From positions 128,001-192,000 of the forward strand of contig JBGANV010000007.1 of NCBI GenBank assembly GCA_044222185.1: 64,000 nucleotides of DNA, given 5' to 3'. Both the position numbers and the translations under genes were made by a program. The notes below the pieces were generated by a model. It ran no database searches. It saw only the letters and a program-made list of their open reading frames with translations, and had not been told where the DNA came from. Within the stretch, counting starts at the first letter, position 1, and the number at the start of each line of letters is the position of its first letter. Below are positions 47,778 to 57,165 of the stretch, piece after piece. Source of the DNA: Planctomycetota bacterium. GTDB lineage: Bacteria > Planctomycetota > GCA-002687715 > CAIWVZ01.

Positions 47778-49055
47778 GTGAAACAGACCATCGTCTTCAT
47801 CGGCATCCTCGTGGCGGCGTTCGTCGTCACGCTGCTCCTCCTCGGAACGGACATGAAGGATCTCTGGGCTGCCGTGTCCACGGATTCGCCGCCAGCCCCG
47901 CCGCCGATCTCCAGCGAGGATCAGGCGGCCCAGCGACGCCAGCGCGACATCATGCGGTCCATGGCGAGCGAGCAGGATTCCGCGATCGCGGTCAAGTCGA
48001 AGGACGGGCCCGACGCATCCGCCACGGTCGGGTTGATCACCGGAGTCATCAGCCCCGACGACGGATCCAATCCGAGCGGTGCGCAGGTGACGATCCAGCC
48101 GTCGGCAGGTCGCCTTCGTTGGATCGACGGCGGCCACTTCGAGATCACCGACGTGCCACCCGGCTACTACATCGTGGGGGCGACGCTCGCGGGGTTCGCT
48201 CCCCAGCGGCCGGTCGACCTGCACGTGGAGGCGGGCAAGCAGTACTCCGTCGACATCCCGTTCGAGAAGGGCGTCTACTTCCGAGGCCGCGTCGTCGACG
48301 ACGTCTATCAGCGCGGGATCGAAGGCGCCTCGGTCGATTTCAACGGGCTCGCGCGTGTGCGCTCGGGACCCAATGGTTCCTTCGAGGTGACCGCTGCGGT
48401 GTCTCAGAAGGGGCTCGAGCTCATCACGCTGAGCCATGACGACTTCGATCGGCACACCTACGTCCGCCATCCGTTTCCCGAGCCCAACAACCTCGTGCTC
48501 GCCATGTCGCGCGGACCGGCGAACATCTCGGGCCGACTCGTCTTCGCGGACGGCGCCGAGATGCCTCAGGAATTCCGGGTGCGCGTCTGGCGCGTTCCAT
48601 CGACGGACTTCGAGGAATTGCGGCGCGAGCGCGTCTTCCGCGACACACGATCGTTCGAGATCAAGGGCGTGTTCGGCGGTCCCATGCTGTTGGAGGTCGA
48701 TTTTCCCGGAACGGCGCGCGCGTCCCGCCGCGTCGCCTTCGATCTCGGCCGCGACACGACGAAGGACTTCGAGCTGTTCTTCGACCGCGCAGCCTCCATC
48801 GACGGGGTCTTCGTCGGGCGCGGGGGGAACATCGCGCGAATTCCCCTGGTGTTACTCGATGGGACCAACCACGTCTGTGGCCAGGTGCAGACGGACGACA
48901 AAGGCAACTTCCACTTCCACAGCGTCGCTGCCGGCGAGTATCACGTGCGCATCGACTCGGGGAACCCCGTCCTTCACACGGACGCGTTCGTCGTTCCCGA
49001 ACTCGGAACCGTGAACATCGTCGTCGATGGTGACCTCGGCCGCATCAAGAAGTGA
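47778..49055 (+). CDS. Membrane-anchored carboxypeptidase regulatory-like (prealbumin-fold repeat) protein
   Basis: N-terminal TM; repeats GHFEITDVPPGYYIV, GRVVDD..GIEGASV, TDDKGNFHFHSVAAGEYHVRI. Confidence 0.82.
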   Translation: MKQTIVFIGILVAAFVVTLLLLGTDMKDLWAAVSTDSPPAPPPISSEDQAAQRRQRDIMRSMASEQDSAIAVKSKDGPDASATVGLITGVISPDDGSNPSGAQVTIQPSAGRLRWIDGGHFEITDVPPGYYIVGATLAGFAPQRPVDLHVEAGKQYSVDIPFEKGVYFRGRVVDDVYQRGIEGASVDFNGLARVRSGPNGSFEVTAAVSQKGLELITLSHDDFDRHTYVRHPFPEPNNLVLAMSRGPANISGRLVFADGAEMPQEFRVRVWRVPSTDFEELRRERVFRDTRSFEIKGVFGGPMLLEVDFPGTARASRRVAFDLGRDTTKDFELFFDRAASIDGVFVGRGGNIARIPLVLLDGTNHVCGQVQTDDKGNFHFHSVAAGEYHVRIDSGNPVLHTDAFVVPELGTVNIVVDGDLGRIKK

Positions 49056-50506
49056 CGCGGGTGGCCGCATGCCGCGCCTTCATCGCGCTCGTCTTGACCT
49101 CGCTCCTGGCCGCGGCTCAGGATTCCAAGCCAGCGAAGGGGGAGCGCGTCCGCCTGGACGATGGCCGCGAGCTTGCCGGGCCGATCGCCGCGAATGACGG
49201 TCTCACGATCCGGGTTGGTGACGCCGTCGTCGACAAGTGGCAGGTGCGCGAGATCGAAGGCGGACCGACGCCCGTTCAGGCCGAGATCCTCCTCCAGCGT
49301 TTCCTCGACGAGCCGGACGAGGGACGCGCCATGCGGTTGTCGAGTCGGATCCTCGCGCTGCGAGACCTCGACTTCAGTACGCTCGTCGACCTGATGCGGC
49401 GAACGGGGATCCGGCCCCCGGTCGACCCGGGCCTCAGCACTCACAAACTCCTCGTGAAGGAAACCAAGGAGACGTTCGAGGTCACGCGGTACGTGCCCAG
49501 AGGCTTCGATGCCACGTCGGCCCGCCCCGTCTGGGTCACGATCCATGGGACCGGCGGACACGCGACGGACCCCGTTTCCATGATGCAGTCGCTCGCCGAC
49601 CGGTGGGGGTTTGCCGTCGCCGGGCTCACCGAGATTCCGCCGCGACAGGGGAAGGGCTGGGGCTCGCTTCCCGCGGAACGCATCTGCGAAGCGGCGCTCG
49701 TCCACGAACTCGTCCGGCAGCTGCGAGTCGACACGAACCGTGTCTACATCAACGGGTGGTCTCGCGGTGGACACGCCACCTGGGACATGGCGATGCACCA
49801 TCCCGATCTGTTCGCGGGCGCCGGGCCAGTGATCGGGTCCGTGCTGTCGCGCGATCGACACCTCCTGCCGAACGTGCGTCCCGTGCGCATCGACGCCACG
49901 AACGGTGCGAAAGACCAGCCTGGACTCGAGCGGGCCGCGAAGGCGGTCGCCGACGCGTTGTCCGCACCCGGATACGACTTCCGCTGGTACGAGGACCCGA
50001 ACGGCGGGCACGATCCGTTCCCGGAGCGGCTGCCGATCGTCGTCGAGCACCTCCTCGAGAAGGTTCGTGAACCCGATCCGAGGAAGGTCGAGTTCACCAG
50101 CTACGACGAGGAGGCGCGGCGCTGCTTCTGGCTGAAGATCGAGGCCGTCTCGGCGGATTCCTACGTGCGCGGCCGCAGCATTCCCGTTCTCGGAGCATCC
50201 AAGATGACGCCCGAGGAGGCGCACGCCGCGCTCGAGTCGGCGATCGCCCGCAACACCCCGCGCATCAGCGGCGAGGTCGACGGCGAGAATCGCGTGTCGA
50301 TCACGACGCACCTCGTCACGCGGTTGAAGGTCGGGCTGTCGCCCAAGCTCATCGACTTCCGCAAGCCCGTGACGTTGATCGTGAATGGCGACAAGCGCTG
50401 GACGAAGACGATCTCACCGTCGAAGGCCGTGCTGCTCGAGACCGCGCGCCGTAATCAGGATCGATTCTTCGGTTGGGGCGAAGTCCTCGACGTGGCCGTG
50501 CGTTGA
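49052..50506 (+). CDS. Secreted alpha/beta hydrolase (esterase/peptidase-like)
   Basis: Signal peptide; IHGTGG, VDTNRVYINGWSRGG (GxSxG), GAKD, GGH. Confidence 0.82.
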   Translation: MTRVAACRAFIALVLTSLLAAAQDSKPAKGERVRLDDGRELAGPIAANDGLTIRVGDAVVDKWQVREIEGGPTPVQAEILLQRFLDEPDEGRAMRLSSRILALRDLDFSTLVDLMRRTGIRPPVDPGLSTHKLLVKETKETFEVTRYVPRGFDATSARPVWVTIHGTGGHATDPVSMMQSLADRWGFAVAGLTEIPPRQGKGWGSLPAERICEAALVHELVRQLRVDTNRVYINGWSRGGHATWDMAMHHPDLFAGAGPVIGSVLSRDRHLLPNVRPVRIDATNGAKDQPGLERAAKAVADALSAPGYDFRWYEDPNGGHDPFPERLPIVVEHLLEKVREPDPRKVEFTSYDEEARRCFWLKIEAVSADSYVRGRSIPVLGASKMTPEEAHAALESAIARNTPRISGEVDGENRVSITTHLVTRLKVGLSPKLIDFRKPVTLIVNGDKRWTKTISPSKAVLLETARRNQDRFFGWGEVLDVAVR

Positions 50507-50564
50507 GGGGGCGGCGGCGAGATGCCGCAGGACCAGCCATGGCTGCTACATTGCCGCCTCAACC

Positions 50565-51632
50565 ATGGACACGGCATCGCACGCTGAACCGACGCTCACG
50601 TTGCGGGAAACACGCGACCGACTGAAGGACCTCTTCACCCCGCGGGCGCTCGTGTACTGGACCGACCTTCTCGCGTCGGCGACGGTCGGGTGGGGCGGCT
50701 TCGCCGTCGCGATGCAGCAGGCTCCGTGGAGCGCCGCGCACGTCGTCGCCACCGTCGTCAGCGCGCTTGCGCTCTATCGCTCCGCCATGTTCATCCACGA
50801 GCTGACGCACCTTCCGAAGGGTTCGCTGCCGGGGTTCCACACGGTGTGGGACCTGCTCGTCGGCGTGCCGCTTCTCCTTCCGTCGTTCATGTATCTCGGC
50901 GTGCACCTCGATCATCACCGTCGCAACGTCTACGGCACGGCCGGCGATCCCGAGTATCTGCCGCTGGCCCGCAGCTCGCGTGTGAAGACGGTGTTGTTCC
51001 TCGTGCAGCCTGTGGTGATCCCGCTTCTGCTGCTCGCGCGGTTCGCCGTGCTCGCGCCGCTGTCGGTGTTGCTCGGGTCCAAGGTGCGCGAGCTCATCGT
51101 CACGCGGGCTTCGGCACTCGTGATCAACCCGGCCTACCGGCGGGATCTCCCGACGGGTGCTCTGCGGGGACGCTGGGTCGTGACGGAGCTGTTGGCGTCG
51201 GCGCTCGTGCTCGGACTTCTCGGCGCGATCGTCGCGGGGCTCGTGAGCTGGCGCGTGGCAGGCCAGTGGTATCTCGTGTCCGTCCTGGCGGCTTTCGTCA
51301 ACCAGCTTCGCACCGTGGGCGCTCATCGCTGGCGGAATGCGGGCGGAGAACTGGACGTCATCGCCCAACTCGTCGATTCGGTCAACACGCCAGGCGGCGC
51401 ATTGACGGAGATCTGGGCGCCTGTCGGGTTGCGCTGGCACGGGCTCCACCACTTCGTTCCCGACATGCCCTATCACTCGCTCGGCGCGGCGCACCGCCGT
51501 CTCGTCTCGAGCCTTCCTTCCGATTCGCCGTACTTTCAGACGGTATCACCCGGCATCTTCGCGAGCCTCGCCACGTTGTGGCGAGAGGCGGGCGAGGCCG
51601 GTGGTCGCGCCGTCGCGGAGCCGGGGCGCTGA
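50565..51632 (+). CDS. Membrane fatty acid desaturase family protein
   Basis: His boxes HELTH, HLDHH, HGLHH; PYHSL; TM helices. Confidence 0.9.
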   Translation: MDTASHAEPTLTLRETRDRLKDLFTPRALVYWTDLLASATVGWGGFAVAMQQAPWSAAHVVATVVSALALYRSAMFIHELTHLPKGSLPGFHTVWDLLVGVPLLLPSFMYLGVHLDHHRRNVYGTAGDPEYLPLARSSRVKTVLFLVQPVVIPLLLLARFAVLAPLSVLLGSKVRELIVTRASALVINPAYRRDLPTGALRGRWVVTELLASALVLGLLGAIVAGLVSWRVAGQWYLVSVLAAFVNQLRTVGAHRWRNAGGELDVIAQLVDSVNTPGGALTEIWAPVGLRWHGLHHFVPDMPYHSLGAAHRRLVSSLPSDSPYFQTVSPGIFASLATLWREAGEAGGRAVAEPGR

Positions 51633-52459
51633 TGGCGGACGCGCTCAGTCGGTTGCTGCTCCGAAGCGTTCCGCCGTTCGACCTGCGCGATCTCGGCTCC
51701 GCGTCGCGACTGCTCGTGCCGAACGGCGCGGCGTTCGGAACCCCGCAACTCTGGCGCGGCGATGTGGCCTGGGATTGGGTGCGTCAGAAGCCTGATCACT
51801 ACTGGCTGAAGGGTGATCGCGGCAGCGCGCACTCGGGCGTCGACTTCGGGTTCTTCATCCGGCGCGGGCACGTCTACCCGCTCCCCGTCGGCTTGCCGGT
51901 GCGCGCGCCCGTTCGCGCGATCGTCGAGAACACGGGTCGCGATGCGGATCCAGAACGCGGCCCCGGCGGCGTCGTCCTCGGACTCGGGGACGAAGACGCG
52001 CCGCGCTTCTACGTTCACCTGACCGATTTCTGCGCCACGGTGCCTCACGGTGCTCACGTGCGTCCTGGCCAGATCCTCGGCCACACCGTTCCCTACTCGC
52101 GGCGCTTCCCCGTCGTCGTGATGCACATGGGGGTCGGCATCCTCCAGCCCGACGAACCACCCAATCCCATCGACCCTTCACCGCTCCTCCGCCGCTGGCG
52201 CGTCCGTCATCCGGTGACGCCCGGATCCACGTGCGATGCCTCGACGTTGAACCGGACGAGGTCCGGCACCTGGATGGCGCCCGGGAAGATCGCCGACCTC
52301 ACCGCCTGCGCCACGTGGGATGTTGGTCAATCGGGAGCGCGTCACGTTCAGGGCCTGGGCGTGTACCGACGCGCCCGCCAGGCCGGGCACGTAGGGGATT
52401 GGAAAGGCGATCGTGCTCGATCCCGGGTTTGCCGATCCGCTCGCACCGAGCACGCCTAA
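51632..52459 (+). CDS. M23 peptidase-like protein with a chimeric C-terminus
   Basis: HSGVDF, GLPVRAP, YVHL, VRPGQILG, MHMGV, PIDP; TGATG-coupled to desaturase; after ..ATWD it reads into an antisense FG-GAP-gene fragment. Confidence 0.75.
   Translation: MADALSRLLLRSVPPFDLRDLGSASRLLVPNGAAFGTPQLWRGDVAWDWVRQKPDHYWLKGDRGSAHSGVDFGFFIRRGHVYPLPVGLPVRAPVRAIVENTGRDADPERGPGGVVLGLGDEDAPRFYVHLTDFCATVPHGAHVRPGQILGHTVPYSRRFPVVVMHMGVGILQPDEPPNPIDPSPLLRRWRVRHPVTPGSTCDASTLNRTRSGTWMAPGKIADLTACATWDVGQSGARHVQGLGVYRRARQAGHVGDWKGDRARSRVCRSARTEHA
52134..52322 (+). repeat. Repeat copy R1 (3' part of the M23-like gene)
   Basis: Aligns ungapped with 56646-56834 (13 mismatches by manual count); 52182-52321 identical to 61089-61228. 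Confidence 0.95.
52322..52456 (-). pseudogene. 3' fragment of a paralog of the FG-GAP gene at 61206-63755
   Basis: GVLGASGSANPGSSTIAFPIPYVPGLAGASVHAQALNVTRSRLTN vs GVLGASGSANPGASTITFPVPYVPGIAGIFVHAQ; 52355-52456 vs 61230-61331, 18 mismatches in 102 nt by manual count. Confidence 0.85.
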
Positions 52460-52505
52460 GGCACACCCGCCCTTGTGTATTCCGTATGCGGCTTGAGGTC
52501 TAGAA

Positions 52506-54617
52506 TCACGGCGGGGCCGCGGTCTCGTCAGCCGGTCCGCCCTGCCAGTCGGCGGCGATCTCCGACCAGTCGATATCCCGCTCGACTGGCTGTCCCTTGT
52601 CATCCCTGCCAACCCAGACTTCCCAGAAGTCCGGATCGTCGGAGCGCGGCTGTTGCGACTTGGGCAGGTCGTTCATCTTTACCAGAACCGGCAGTTCCGA
52701 TGCCCACCCGAGCAGAATGGCGCTCTGGGAGGGCAGCGAGGGTAGCTCGCGAAGAAGCCCGCGAAGATTGTCCGGGACAAGCCGGTGGACGAGTTCCTGA
52801 TCGCGGTCGTTGCTGATCCGGTGAAGCAAGAAGGTGTTGCATTGCGAAAGCACCGTAGGTGAAAGCTCGGACGGGCGCTGAGACGAAAGCACCAGTCCAA
52901 GCCCGAACTTTCGCCCTTCACGAGCGATGCGCTCAAAGACCTGGCAGCAGATGCCTGCGGCGTCCTGATTCTCGACATCCTCCTTGTAGCGCTTGATGAA
53001 CGTGTGTGCCTCCTCCATCACGAGCACCGTGGGCAGCGCAGCGCCATTCGATTTCAAGTAGCGCTGCAGGGCCTCGAATACGATGCGAGCGATGACAGCG
53101 GCGACGACATGGACAATTTCGGTCGGAACAAGTGAGAGGTCTATTATCGATATGCAATCGTGCTCGGCGCCATCCACTCCGATGTAGTTGTTGAGCCACT
53201 TATGGAGCGTGACGTCCCCCGTATCCGCGATTATCGCGCTCATCTTCGGGTCAGATAGAAAGGCTCGAATGCGAGCAACCAGGAAATCGAGGAACGGGCT
53301 GACGTTCTCTTGCTCTGCGAGAACCTCAAGGTGATCAGCGAGGTCGGTGCCGATGAACGCCAGTGGAACGTCGTCGTCGGGGCCTTGTTGGTACACAATC
53401 CCACCCAGCGTAGTCAGGACGGCGTCAATCGCCACGTCGATCCTCTGGATCTCGTCGTTCGTGAATGCCACGAAATAGACGAAGCTCAGTTGTTTCTGCT
53501 TGTCGAAACCATCCTTGCGCTTGGCGTTGAGCGCGCTTCGGATTGCGCCTGCGACGTGGTCGAGCGAGCAATTGGGGCACTCCGACTTCCACCGATCCAG
53601 GTCCGAGACCACAGCCTCTAACTGGAAGCCGAACTTTGTCGGCTCCGCCTTTACAGCGTTCGAACGCAAGTCTCGCCGGATCGAAATCAGTGTGGACGAT
53701 AGATATCGGCGAAGGGCGAGCTTCTTCTCCTGGTCTGTGGGATCGGCAGCTGCAGTCCTCCCGGCTTTGACCTCGCGCAACGCCCGCCGAAGTAGCGGTC
53801 GTTGCGTTCTCGCACTCGCCTGCGTGAAGGAGCACCACTCCGCGCTGTTCCAGAACCACAGCGGCACCTTCAGTGCCTGTTCACCCTCGGCGGGGCTCAC
53901 CTTGAATATCCGTGCTTTGATCGGGTCGTCGCTGCTAAAGGCGCGTGAGTATTCGCCGTTAGGGTCCAGCACGACGAACCGAGCGTTGGGTCGCCCTCCT
54001 GGCCGTGCCCTTGCTGCCTGTTCGAGGCTCCAGCGGATCAGCCCGGCCACGGAGCATGACTTTCCGCTGCCAGTGTTCCCCAAAACGGCGAGGTGGCGCC
54101 CGAACAATCGGTTGGGGTCGACGGTGACCTCCGCATCGCCGGCGAGCGGGCTCGTGCCGATTTTGACCCTGCGTCGGTCGCCCGACTCAACGATCGATCG
54201 GAGCTGATTCGCTGTAGGTAGGACCACCGCAGCGCCGACCGATGGCAATGCAACGGCGCCTCTCTTGAAGGCATAATTCCCCCCTGGAGCGAGCCGGAGA
54301 AGCGTACCGAGCGGGTTGATCCGCAGTCGGCGGAGCGGATACGGCAGATCGACTAATCCGAAATCCTGCACCCCTCGTCGCTTCGGGAATGGCGATCGTT
54401 CGACAGTGAGCCACTCGACCTGCCCCACCAGGAAGGCTTCGTCCACCGCGACTAGGAGGTAACCGTTGACCCTGGGGAACGGTCGCGGTCCACCGGCAAT
54501 TAGGGCAACGGAGTCAGGCGCCTCAATGTCGAGGGTGACCTTGATCTCGTCCGGGGAGACGAAATCCACGGCGCCGATGCGCAGGCTGCCCGCTTGCTCG
54601 AATGGGGACTCGCTCAC
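52506..54617 (-). CDS. herA: HerA/DUF87 family ATPase of a SIR2-HerA defence pair
   Basis: HAS-barrel-like N-terminus, GRHLAVLGNTGSGKS (Walker A), LVMEEAH (Walker B), REGRKFG, SQRPSEL; GTG start overlaps SIR2 stop. Confidence 0.92.
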   Translation of the reverse strand: MSESPFEQAGSLRIGAVDFVSPDEIKVTLDIEAPDSVALIAGGPRPFPRVNGYLLVAVDEAFLVGQVEWLTVERSPFPKRRGVQDFGLVDLPYPLRRLRINPLGTLLRLAPGGNYAFKRGAVALPSVGAAVVLPTANQLRSIVESGDRRRVKIGTSPLAGDAEVTVDPNRLFGRHLAVLGNTGSGKSCSVAGLIRWSLEQAARARPGGRPNARFVVLDPNGEYSRAFSSDDPIKARIFKVSPAEGEQALKVPLWFWNSAEWCSFTQASARTQRPLLRRALREVKAGRTAAADPTDQEKKLALRRYLSSTLISIRRDLRSNAVKAEPTKFGFQLEAVVSDLDRWKSECPNCSLDHVAGAIRSALNAKRKDGFDKQKQLSFVYFVAFTNDEIQRIDVAIDAVLTTLGGIVYQQGPDDDVPLAFIGTDLADHLEVLAEQENVSPFLDFLVARIRAFLSDPKMSAIIADTGDVTLHKWLNNYIGVDGAEHDCISIIDLSLVPTEIVHVVAAVIARIVFEALQRYLKSNGAALPTVLVMEEAHTFIKRYKEDVENQDAAGICCQVFERIAREGRKFGLGLVLSSQRPSELSPTVLSQCNTFLLHRISNDRDQELVHRLVPDNLRGLLRELPSLPSQSAILLGWASELPVLVKMNDLPKSQQPRSDDPDFWEVWVGRDDKGQPVERDIDWSEIAADWQGGPADETAAPP

Positions 54618-56047
54618 GATGTCGTGCCCGCCTGATCCGCCGGGAGAGAATCGGCGTTGCCGGCATCATTCGGCGCGGTGCCCCAGCGCGCCTTGAGCAG
54701 CTCCGCCATGCGCACGGTCGTCCGGTCGATCGCAGGCTTCGGCAAGTACTGGTCGACGAGGGTGCATAGATCGCCGAGGTGGTCTCCAATCAAGAGCGTG
54801 ATTTGTGCTTGTCGGCCCAGGCGCTCGTACGTGCGCACGATGCGTCCAAGAGGATCGCCATGCGAAATGACGACCAGGTGCGTGGACGGGATCGTCAGCA
54901 TGTCCTCGATCACTCGGTTGATGTGCTCGTCGCCGAAGCTGTAGCCGTAGCAGACGGCTGTGCTGTTCGGTCGGCAGATCGAGGCCGCGAAGTCCCGGAA
55001 CAATTCAACGTAGGGGTAAGCGGTCGTTTCGCGGTCCTTGGCGGCGTTGGGATAGATCATCAGGTGCGTCGCATCGACGCCACTCAGACCCGGAGCAGCC
55101 AGATAGGGTGCTGCGTCCCTGGCGCCAAATGGCAGGCCAATCCGCCGGATCGCCCCATCACAGTCCAGCCAATCGACAGATCCGTGGAGCTTGGTGAATC
55201 GCGCGACGCCTTCGAGGTAGCGCGGCTCTCCACGGATGCCGGGGGGATTGTAGTGGAGGTCAACATCCAAGCGCGACGCACGGAATACCGGTGCCAACGT
55301 GCCGACGAAGCGGTCAATGAGGCGCAGCCCCGCCGCATCAGCGCCCGCCTCGATGAGGCGGTCGTAGTTGGTTGTGAAGAGCTGTAAGCGCTCGCGTGTA
55401 CCAGTACGGCTGGCGAAGCTCATCAGGAAGCTGACGACGTAGTTGAACGCTTTCTCGCGTCTGTCAACGTTTGCTGTCGCGATGTCGTGTTCACCTCGCA
55501 AGATGGAGCTGGCGAACGTTTGAAGGACCTTATTCAGGCTCTCTCGCAATGCATCAACCCGCTTGCGCTCCGATGGTCGATCCGGCGTCGACGCTGCAAG
55601 GATCTCGAGGCCGCGAAGCAGTTCGTTGGCCACTCGGATCTGATCCTCGAGGTTTCCGGCCCTGCGCCCACTCCTCTCAGCCGTGCGCTTTGCCTCTTGT
55701 TTGATCTCGTCGGTCAGAACCGCGAACGGGACGGTCTCCAATCCGGGCAACGCCGCATTCCTCGCTATTTGGTGAACGGCGTGCGTCAGTCCCGAACCGA
55801 CGAGTAAGGAGAGGTTCTCGGACTGGACCAGGGCCGTCAGCCATGGCTCGATCCGAGGGCGCAACTTCTCGGGGCCGAAGGCCTCTGCAGGCTTGGCCCA
55901 AGAACACGTCGCGTCGACGGTCAATCGAAACGTGGCGGTTCCTGGCGCCGCTGATTCACGATTCAGAAGGACAGGAGCGTGGTCGTCGCGCGCCTTAAGT
56001 ATTTGCCCACCGGCATCCAGGTGCTTCCTCTGAAGTTCGACGGTCAT
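54614..56047 (-). CDS. SIR2-like (SIR2_2) NADase effector
   Basis: LLVGSGL, FTTNYDRLIE, KLHGSVDW, YGYSFGDEHIN motifs. Confidence 0.9.
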   Translation of the reverse strand: MTVELQRKHLDAGGQILKARDDHAPVLLNRESAAPGTATFRLTVDATCSWAKPAEAFGPEKLRPRIEPWLTALVQSENLSLLVGSGLTHAVHQIARNAALPGLETVPFAVLTDEIKQEAKRTAERSGRRAGNLEDQIRVANELLRGLEILAASTPDRPSERKRVDALRESLNKVLQTFASSILRGEHDIATANVDRREKAFNYVVSFLMSFASRTGTRERLQLFTTNYDRLIEAGADAAGLRLIDRFVGTLAPVFRASRLDVDLHYNPPGIRGEPRYLEGVARFTKLHGSVDWLDCDGAIRRIGLPFGARDAAPYLAAPGLSGVDATHLMIYPNAAKDRETTAYPYVELFRDFAASICRPNSTAVCYGYSFGDEHINRVIEDMLTIPSTHLVVISHGDPLGRIVRTYERLGRQAQITLLIGDHLGDLCTLVDQYLPKPAIDRTTVRMAELLKARWGTAPNDAGNADSLPADQAGTTS

Positions 56048-56155
56048 TGCTTCTCTCCGCCGATGACGCCCGTGGGCGAACCCGCAGTCTTCTTCGCGGT
56101 CGCGAGGAGGTTGGCGACCCGCTCGGCTTCGTTGGCATTCATTTCTTCGACCGCT
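56044..56155 (-). pseudogene. C-terminal remnant of a gene translationally coupled to SIR2
   Basis: Open frame AVEEMNANEAERVANLLATAKKTAGSPTGVIGGEKQ* whose TGA overlaps the SIR2 ATG (ATGA); upstream it abuts the IS end. Confidence 0.5.
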
Positions 56156-56645
56156 GGGACAGACCGATCGCTCGTGGAATTCGGCGGCTCGGGTGGCTGC
56201 TGATCAGACTATGCGACCGCCTCCATTTTGTCGAGGTTCCGAACAGGTTCGACCAGTGCCGGCATGTACTCGTGGCAGATGACGCGACGGAGCCTCGCCC
56301 TGGCGTGGGGGCGGATCGCGGTGGCTCCCCTCATCGCCATCTTGGCACTCGACCACCGCATCACACTCCGGCACAGGTCGCGCGTCCCGGCGAAGATGCT
56401 CTCGATCGCGTGCGTGCTCAGGAGGACGTGGCGGAGTTCATCGGCAACCTGGAGCCGGTGATTCGCGACCGATAATTCGAGGCACTCCTTGAGGCTTCCA
56501 GGCGCGCCGGGGCTCATGTCGTTGAGCTTCGACGCGCGCTGCGCGAGCGCCTTCCCGGCGGCGCCGCACGGCTTCATGCCCGAGGCGGCACGGAGGGCCC
56601 GGCGGATCGTTCCCTGGTCGTTCTCGAGACGGCGCGAGCGTGCGT
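56156..56645 (-). mobile_element. IS256-family transposase remnant (C-terminal part plus probable element end)
   Basis: SPGAPGSLKECLE...LRHVLLSTHAIESIF...CRSVMRW...LRRVICHEYMPAL resembles the IS256 transposase C-terminus; stop at 56209 followed by terminus-like GCCGCCGAATTCCACGAGCGATCGGTCTGTCCC; 5' part missing at R2. Confidence 0.78.
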
Positions 56646-56860
56646 TCGGCATTCTCCAACCCGACGAACCGCCCAATCCCATCGACCCGTCACCGCTCTT
56701 GCGTCGCTGGCGCGTGCGCCATCCGGTGACGCCCGGATCCACGTGCGATGCCTCGACGTTGAATCGGACGAGGTCCGGCACCTGGATGGCGCCCGGGAAG
56801 ATCGCTGACCTCACCGCATGTGCCACGTGGGATGCGCGGTGGGTCGACGTCTTCGACTGA
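56646..56860 (+). repeat. Repeat copy R2: synonymously diverged M23 3' end with probable native C-terminus (..ATWDARWVDVFD*)
   Basis: 62 codons identical in amino acid to R1 with 12 synonymous codon changes; in-frame TGA at 56858-56860. Confidence 0.93.
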
Positions 56861-57074
56861 CGGTGGGCCCGCTCTCGCGCGGATCTCCTCGATTGACGCA
56901 GCGGCGGGGGGCGATGCGACGGGGACGGCTGGTGAGCAGGCGGCGAGCGGCGCGTGCACGGATGGGGCACCGACCCACCAGCGGGCGCGCCCTTCGACGC
57001 AACGCTCGCCGGAGCGTGCGGTCGCAACCCCCTTGACCGATCCGACGAGGCCCGCGCAGCACCGCACAGCAGAT

Positions 57075-57118
57075 CCTCGCTCGGCTACCTGCCCGGGAGG
57101 CTCGTGGCTGGAGCGAGG
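57075..57118. terminator. Long imperfect hairpin downstream of the 1001-aa gene
   Basis: CCTCGCTC-GGCTAC ... GTGGCT-G-GAGCGAGG. Confidence 0.4.
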
Positions 57119-57165
57119 GCCGGCTCGGTCGCGGCGAGGCGTCGCGAGCGCGCCGGGGGTGCCGC

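Noticed and set aside
56209-57027. Intact 272-aa transposase ORF
   Set aside because: Only the last ~145 codons are IS256-like; the upstream part is antisense R2 and intergenic DNA, and the N-terminal catalytic region is missing.
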